Notes under the pieces: model-generated
What the model was told of the DNA's origin: nothing
Seen by the model: only the letters and a program-made list of their open reading frames with translations
Database searches by the model: none
In this document: positions 22,756-33,243 of the stretch, in pieces
Numbering within the stretch: the first letter of the stretch is position 1
Layout: every line of letters begins with the position of its first letter
Program-made: the position numbers and the translations under genes
Assembly (NCBI GenBank): GCA_002269645.1
Contig: NIVC01004854.1
Coordinates: 1-33,243 of the forward strand
Reading direction: 5' to 3'
DNA from: Macrostomum lignano
Taxonomy: Eukaryota
DNA length: 33,243 bases

Positions 22756-23040
22756 AAATGCTGTGTTCACCATTCCGTTATTACACCAATGCTGTGTTCA
22801 CCAATTCTGTGTTGACCGATTGTAGTGTTCGTAGTCCGCTTGGCGGGTAAGAACCTTGGCCTCTAAGAGCCGTATATTTGCGATATATATTCACACAGCT
22901 GCCGACGTGCAGCTTTGAGTTACGCAATACATTTGGGTGCTGAGCACGTTGGCTAGAGAGCAAGAGAAAATGCATTGTACACGCATAGGCTGCGCACCAC
23001 ACCGATGCTGTGTTCACCAATTCTTTGTTCACCAATTGTA
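22756..23040. repeat. Short copies of the 15-bp AATGCTGTGTTCACC unit forming 42-bp direct repeats (22783-22824 and 22999-23040)
   Basis: Same unit as the 11951-13262 array; the two 42-mers align without gaps at a 216-bp offset. Confidence 0.88.
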
Positions 23041-23858
23041 TGCGAGAATTACGTCGTTATCCGTCGATGTAATGTAAAAGTACATATTTGTCAGCGACGT
23101 TGATAGAAATTGGGAGCGTACACCGACGTCGGTTTGCTGTAACAGGTCGGCCTCTTGTTGACTGCATTCTGCCTACGCATGCAGAGGCCTTGCGCTCCTG
23201 ACGTTGTCTGCTGCAGTCACGATCCTGGAATTGATACCACGTACCGGATCGTCTTGCAAGTCCGTGTCCTCTGACGGGATATATTCCCACGCAGCACCAG
23301 GTCAGAGCAAATGAAGTGCGTTCCATGAACTCATCACAAGTATTCAGGGAGTCGTTTCAAACAATTAATTACATGTACATGTATTCCTTGTATGACCACA
23401 AAAACTTGCCAAAATCATAATTTCACTAACCTTGGTTTACCTTAGGCCTTCACGCGGTCGAGAAAAGTACATGCATCGTATTGCGATGAATTTCATGCCC
23501 TTTAAATCCCTGTACCTGGAACAATTGCAGCCTTTGCTTAGCTACCATGTCCATGATGATTACCTGAAATCATTAGCACACTAGGTGGCAATGATTAACA
23601 AGCCTGAAAGCTCGCCTCCTGGATGCTTCATGTATAAGCTGGTAAATGTTTTGACAAGTACATCTGCCGTCTGTGCACCCCACTCCCTTTTGACTGATCG
23701 CCCTGACGCTATACTTTCATAAATATTGCCATCTTCTTTTCAGAGAACTAGTCACGGAATTTCCATGGAATTTCCTTGGAGACTCGTAAGCCAGTGAGGA
23801 GGGCGCCAAATAAAAAAACGATATTTAAAAGAAAAGATTAGGTAGATTCTCAAAATCT

Positions 23859-23864
23859 TTTATT
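23859..23864 (-). promoter_or_regulatory. Candidate poly(A) signal of SCAMP
   Basis: AATAAA on the minus strand ~900 nt after the SCAMP stop, at the end of an AT-rich 3' UTR-like region. Confidence 0.4.
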
Positions 23865-24758
23865 CAAACCGAAATTTGTAACACAAAATCATTTAACTGG
23901 GTGCCTTAGGCGCTGTTTCATCATTCTACGAGTATATGAATATATTATACTATTGCAAGTAGTCACATCATTTTCATCATTGCATATTGTTACTATAAAA
24001 ATATACGAGTAAAAATAAGTCCGCAAAATGAGAATAATGTAAAGATTCAATCTATAATATATTGCAAAAACAAAAATTGAAGATTAATAAATACCACAAC
24101 AACAACACATTAGCAGGGCTTGATAAACATTAATTTAAACAAAATATTGGCAGTAGACAGCATTAATGTCATTACAAACTGTACTGAATTTACAAACCAA
24201 GTCAGCCACCTATGAGCAATTTAAAAATAAATGGCAATCACAGTCTACTCGTACTACTGACATTAAATGATTATTTAATTAGAATATGAATATAAAATAG
24301 AAAAAATACAGACAGGAAAGTAAGTAGTACAAACAGTGCATTGCAGGAATAATTATCCAAAATATCGTTAGTGTATAGAAAAGAATTGAATAGAATGTCA
24401 GTAATGTTTTAATAATTCAATTATCACAATTTTCATAGTGCCTAAATATTTCTTACCAATGATACTACTTAAAGGATCAGTAGTATGACATGCAAAACAA
24501 CTATACACAACATTAACAATAAAAAACAATATATACTGAAGCCAATATTAAAGTTAAAATATTCTACTGATCATTAGTCTGAGTAGACAGAGGAACATTT
24601 TTTTAAATTAATTAGCGGAATATTGTATAAATTTTGTAGTTTATAAAAGTCAAGGCATTTTGAAGATCTGCTTCTACCGATAGATAGAAGAGATGATGAC
24701 GGAGACACAGAAATTGTAAAACAGGGCTCCTGCCAAGGTTCAGGTCTCATGAAGCCAG

Positions 24759-27700
24759 TCAGTACCGACCTCCGCTGCCGCTGCCCCCACCCGTGAAGGC
24801 AGACCTGGCGGTGGCTGTTGCAGCATCTGCCGCGGCGCCCCTGACTGCCTCGTTGGTCAGCACGCCCTGGCTGAACTCCTGGCGAGCTTTGGCAAAGCTG
24901 GCGCCTGTGCTGCGGTAAATGCGGTGCACCTGCGGGCGGCACGGCAACTGATGAGGATCTGGGAGGCTGGCACAGCAACTGAGGATATGGGAGGCTGGCC
25001 CAGCAACTGAGGATCTGGGAGGCTGGCCCAGCAACTGATGAGGATTTGGGAGGCTGGCCCAGCAACTGAGGATCTGGGAGGCCGGCCCAGCAACTGGGGA
25101 TCTGGAAGGCCGGCCTAGCAACTGAGGATATGGGAGGCTAGCCCAGCAACGGAGGATCTGGGAGGCTGGCACAGCAACTGGGGATCTGGGAGGCTGGCCC
25201 AGCGACTGAGGATCTGGAAGGCCGGCCCAGCAACGGAGGATCTGGGAGGCTGGCACAGCGACTGAGGATCTGGAAGGCCGGCCCAGCAACGGAGGATCTG
25301 GGAGGCTGGCACAGCGACTGAGGATCTGGAAGGCCGGCCCAGCAACGGAGGATCTGGGAGGCTGGCACAGCGACTGAGGATCTGGAAGGCCGGCCCAGCA
25401 ACTGATGAGGATTTGGGAGGCTGGCCCAGCAACTGAGGACTCACCTGAACCAGCAGCAGAAGGTCCAACGCAGCCAAAGCGGTGAAAGCGATGGCGATGA
25501 TGAGCATCAGGACGCCCACAGCTGTGCTCTCCTTCATCATGACGAAGGCGTTGATCCAGCCGCAGGAGCCCAGATAGTCCAGGCCGAGGCATTGGATGGT
25601 CAGTATGGAGAATTGGACAAACAGCATCAGGAAGAACAGGAAGAAATTGAAGCTGCTGTCGCTTCTGGAAGAGATAGTTAAAACTCTTCTAGTTTTTTGT
25701 GTGTCTCGCTTAGTGTCTGCCTGTCTCTAATTGTGTCCGCCTGTCTTTAATTAATTGTGTCTGCCTGTCTTTAATTGTGTCTGCCTGTCTCTAATTGTGT
25801 CTGCCTGTCTTTAATTGTGTCTGCTAGTCTCTAATTATGTCCGCCTGTCTCTAATTGTGTCTGCCTGTCTCTAATTGTGTCTGCCTGTCTCTAATTGTGT
25901 CTGACTATCTCTAATTGTGTCTGCCTGTCTCTAATTGTGTCTGCCTGTCTCTAATTGTGTCTGCCTGTCTCTAATTGTGTCTGACTATCTCTAATTGTGT
26001 CTGCCTGTCTCTAATTGTGTCTGACTATCTCTAATTGTGTCTGCCTGTCTCTAATTGTGTCTGCCTGTCTCTAATTGTGTCTGCCTGTCTCTAATTGTGT
26101 CTGCCTGTCTTTAATTGTGTCTGCCTGTCTCTAATTGTGTCTGCCTGTCTCTAATTGTGTCTGCCTGTCTCTAATTGTGTCTGCCTGTCTCTAATTGTGT
26201 CTGCCAGTCTCTAATGTATGTCCTACTTTCTGTCTGTATCAGTGTCAGCGCTCACTTGAAGGCCCTGTACAGCGGGCGGAACCAGCACACAAAGGAGGCT
26301 GGAGTGAAGATGACGAACACAATAAGCGATACGCCAAACACTGTGCCAGCATTGGCTTTGTTCTCCTTCACCGCAATAAAATAAGTAATCGCTCCAATTA
26401 TGTTAATGAGCAGCACAGAGGCGTGAGCCATCCACAGGTAGTAGGCCAACTGTACAATCCTTCTAAACTCCAGTGGTATTTCTAAATCGATGTCCTGATA
26501 GAAGCAGGGCCCGATTGGAGAGAATGAAGGCAATGGCGGCCAGTTGTTAGCTCGGACTGAAAAATAAAATATTGTTTTTGTGTTTAGGGATCTGCATGAC
26601 CCGAGTGTTTTGGGATCTGAACATCCAGATGTGAAGTTTTTGGGATCTGAATGTCCCGAGTGATGATTTGGGATCTGAATGTCCCGAGTGATTTGGGATC
26701 TGAATGTCCCGAGTGATGATTTGGGATCTGAATTCATCCCGAGTGATTAGGGATCTGAATGTCCCGAGTGATTTGGGATTTGAATATCTCGAGTGATTTG
26801 GGATCGGAACATCCCGAGTGATTTGGGATCTGAATGTCCGAGTGATTTGGGATCTGAATTTCCCGAGTGATTTGGGATCTGAATGTCCCGAGTGATGATT
26901 TGGGATCTGAATGTCCCGAGTGATTTGGGATCTGAAAGTTTCCCAGTTGATGCACAGCTCACTCACATCCGCCAGCAGACAGATCCTGCTCCTCTGCCGC
27001 TGCTCCTCTTCTCGCCTCTCCAATTCCCTGGCCTTGGCGTCGAGTTCTCGCTGACGCTTTTCCAGTTCGTCAGTGTTGATCTTGGATGGCGCGGGCTGCT
27101 GGGCAGAGGACGTGTATGGAGGCGGTGGGGCCGCCTGCTGTGGGCCTCCACCAGTTGCTGGGAGAACAGCTGGCCCAGCAACCGCGGATCTTTCCTGACC
27201 TTTCTCAAATGGATTGAAGTCTTGAACGGCGGCTGCCTGAGAACCTCTTGCTGCCTGTTGCACTGATGGGTCCTGATTTAGTAGGCATGAGTTTAAATAT
27301 GCCAAAGATGAAATGCATGTGAGCTAAAAATTTTAACTCTCTATTTTATATGTAGTTCTACCAAGTTTGCAATTTAATGTTATAGATCCCTATATGAGAG
27401 GTGTTTTATAAGTCCTTTCTATGTTGAGTATAACAGAGTTTTCAATGGATGCTAGAATTTCTATGTTTCAGTTGACATAAAAGTTGTAATAAAGTATGCA
27501 ACAAGTTCTAAGCTATAATATTTTTTTCATAGACTTCAACCATGGCATTAGATTTACAAAATGGATGCTTGCATTAAACGAAACTATTTTTATGCAAAAT
27601 ATATATTCTTAAATTATATTAGTATCTAAAGCTGAATGATAAATTAAAAGTTGTACTAGCTATCCAAAACCAATTTGAAATCACACCTCAATAGCCTAAG

Positions 27701-28450
27701 ATATACTCAAAAGTAAAAAAGGACTTATATTTTTATCTTTCATAATATATTTTTTGTAGAAATACATTAAATATAAAATTATTTATATAGGCCTATTACC
27801 AAAGACACAATCACCATGACGGTCAGGGATCTTGTATACTTTTAGTTTTTAAGATCTAAGCCCTAAGGTTTTAAAAAAGACCTTAGGCCTCTATTATTTG
27901 GGGGGGATAGAAATAAAAATGACCTTTTTAATAGGTTATATTACAGTTTTACTATTATTTCTTTTATACATTTTACAAATTATGGCTAATTAATTGTTAA
28001 TTAATGTCATGTTTGATCCAACTCTACTTCATACAAGACCAATATGGTTAGAATAAAGAAATTGCTTTCTACCTCTATAGCATAGGCCTAACCTACTACT
28101 ACAATTTTATGATACAAAAATATCTATTCAATAATAACAAAGAATCTGCTCTCCTATTTACTAAAGATGATTTTTTGCTAAATTGCTAAATTTGCTAAAT
28201 GACCTGAGTTATCTATGATGTAGGAAAGTATGAAGTATTGCTTTTCCTTTAGTAAAAATTAAGTATCATGCTTTTTATTTTTTAGTAGAATAAAAAGGTT
28301 TCTAAATTAATATATGCTTTATAAGTACTAATAAATACATTTTGCCAATAAATAATTCTGGACTTTTTTGAATTTACAACTTACAGAGAAGGGATCCGCG
28401 CTCTGGCTAGCTTTAGGATCACCAAACGGATTATCTCCAAAGTCACTCAT
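24759..28450 (-). CDS. SCAMP: Secretory carrier-associated membrane protein (SCAMP); exons 28385-28450, 26967-27272, 26256-26556, 25445-25664, 24759-24929; about 354 aa after restoring one base at 26991-26992
   Basis: N-terminal NPF motifs (MSDFGDNPFGDP, DFNPF); coiled coil ELEKRQRELDAKARELERRE; NNWPPLP...PCFYQDI; hydrophobic TM segments; E-peptide CWFRPLYRAFKSDSS; VHRIYRSTGASFAKARQEF. All introns are GT-AG with matching phases. Confidence 0.96.
24940..25440. repeat. 28-bp minisatellite (CTGGGAGGCTGGCCCAGCAACTGAGGAT) filling SCAMP intron 4
   Basis: Direct periodicity; reverse complement of the array at 32409-33243. Confidence 0.96.
25713..26215. repeat. 20-bp minisatellite (CTAATTGTGTCTGCCTGTCT) filling SCAMP intron 3
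   Basis: Direct periodicity. Confidence 0.97.
26584..26937. repeat. 25/28-bp minisatellite (GGGATCTGAATGTCCCGAGTGA[TGA]TTT) filling SCAMP intron 2
   Basis: Direct periodicity. Confidence 0.95.
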
Positions 28451-28833
28451 AGTGTTTCATGAACTAAAAAAATTTGATAAGAGACAGGTCGTCAGATCTG
28501 TAGTAAAAATATTTACTTATGACTCACTGGGGTGAAAGAACGTATATAAAATCTTGAAAGATGAGATATTAAATTTATCGACAAACAATAGTTTTAATTC
28601 GTCTAAACTGATATAACCTAATTATTTAAAATAAATAACTTAATTTATTTATAACACCTACGTATTTCTATATTTTACCTATTTTATACATACAATTATT
28701 ACGAGTTTTGTTTTATGCGCTTAAGCAATTACTATACATATTTTAACTTTATGTTTATTCGTCTATTTTCTAGTATTTGTGGTTGCAAAAATTCCCTGCT
28801 GCTGTATTTTAATCTGTGTTAATTATTAAAATC
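28451..28833. promoter_or_regulatory. Probable bidirectional promoter and 5' UTRs of SCAMP and cathepsin D
   Basis: Only 383 bp of AT-rich sequence lie between the two divergent start codons. Confidence 0.65.
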
Positions 28834-31944
<3,111 letters not shown>

Positions 31945-31983
31945 ATTGAAAGAAAGGCTGTCACTTTACAATCTGACAGATTC

Positions 31984-31989
31984 AATAAA
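31984..31989 (+). promoter_or_regulatory. Poly(A) signal of cathepsin D
   Basis: AATAAA 39 nt after the TAA stop. Confidence 0.65.
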
Positions 31990-32408
31990 CATTGAGCAAG
32001 TTGAGCGAATCGTAACCTAAAATAATTATTATTCCAGAAATTTCTCTTTTTTTGTAATTTTTTTATATCTTCGCTAGTTCATTGACATCATCTCTCCCGA
32101 TATAACTTATATGCACCTGTTTTTCATGATTCTTAAAAATACTTTCAAATAGCCTTCGACTTTGATAACCAGTAAGTATAGTGTAACTCACTTTTTGTAC
32201 TTTTAATTTAAGCCACCTTTGTTGTTTTTATTCATGCCGATTATTATTAATCAAACATCCGGTTTGAGCCCTTATCCCGATGACAGCTCACTAAGCTGTG
32301 GCCCGCCAACTGATTCAATTTTATGTCAAAATTAATAAAATTGTTCTCTTCATTTATCCATAGTGCCCCTTGGTTCACTGCTTTGTTTTATTTGTATTGT
32401 TTAGGTCA

Positions 32409-33243
32409 CCAGCCTCCCAGATCCTCAGTTGCTGGCCAGCCTCCCAGATTCCCAGTTGCTTGGCCAGCCTCGCAGATCCTCATCAGTTGCTGGGCCAGCC
32501 TCCCAGATCCTCAGTTGCTGGGCCAGCCCCCAGATCCTCAGTTGCTGGGCCAGCCCCCAGATCCTCAGTTGCTGGGCCAGCCTCGCAGATCCTCATCAGC
32601 TGCTGGGCCAGCCTCCCAGAGCCTCAGTTGCTTAGCCAGCCTCCCAGATCCTCAGTTGCTGGGCCAGCCTCCCAGATCATCGGTTGCTGGGCCAACCTCC
32701 CAGATCCTCAGTCCCCAGTTGCCGGGCCAGCCTCCCAGATCCTCAGCTGCTGCGGCCAGCCTCCCAGATCCTCAGTTGCTGGGCCATCCTCTCAGATCGT
32801 CAGTTGCTGGGCCAGCCTCTCAGATCCTCAGTTGCTGGGCCAGCCTCCCAGATCCTCAGTTGCTGGGCCAGCCTCCCAGATCCTAAGTTGCTGGGCCAGC
32901 CTCCCAGATGCTCATCAGTTACTGGGCCAGCCTCCCAGATCCTCAGTTGCTGGGCCAGCCTCCCAGATCCTCAGTTACTGGGCCAGCCTCCCAGATCCTT
33001 ATCAGCTAGCTACTGGATCAGCCTCCCAGCATCCTCAGTTGCTTGGGCCAGCCTCCCAGATCCTCAGTTGCTGGGCCAGCCTCCCAGATTCTCAGTTGCT
33101 GGGCCAGCCTCCCAGATCCTCAGTTGCTGGCGCCAGCCTCCCAGATCCTCATCAGCTGCTGGGCCAGCCTCCCAGATCCTCAGTTGCTGGGCCAGCCTCC
33201 CAGATCCTCAGTTGCTGGGCCAGCCTCCAGATTCTCAGTTGCT
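32409..33243. repeat. 28-bp minisatellite (CCTCAGTTGCTGGGCCAGCCTCCCAGAT), truncated by the window end
   Basis: Direct periodicity; same family as SCAMP intron 4 in the opposite orientation. Confidence 0.97.

Noticed and set aside
23057-23326. 89-aa minus-strand ORF
   Set aside because: GTG start, no recognisable motif and no supporting signals.

Overview
Eukaryotic (animal, invertebrate-like) genomic DNA with spliceosomal GT-AG introns, GC-rich exons and many unrelated minisatellites. The style resembles a repeat-rich flatworm genome, but the organism cannot be fixed from this window. Four genes could be reconstructed by hand. (1) A protein-kinase fragment, apparently a pseudogene (+, 4121-4601), runs in frame into a retrotransposon Gag-like stretch. 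(2) An Mx-like dynamin-superfamily GTPase (-, 17568-22166, 7 exons) has intact G1-G3, a non-canonical G4 (SHCD) and several stops/frameshifts. (3) A SCAMP gene (-, 24759-28450, 5 exons) lies head-to-head with (4) a cathepsin D gene (+, 28834-31944, 5 exons); the ATGs are 383 bp apart. SCAMP and cathepsin D together carry three single-base deletions in G/C homopolymers that look like assembly errors. Every internal intron of these two genes is filled by a different minisatellite. Most long ORFs in the supplied track are artefacts of tandem repeats. Weaker calls include orphan exons/ORFs (9109-9310, 11466-11798, 15078-15271), a Penelope-like fragment and small diverged duplications. No rRNA, tRNA or CRISPR array was seen. 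Homology calls are from motif recognition, not from database searches.
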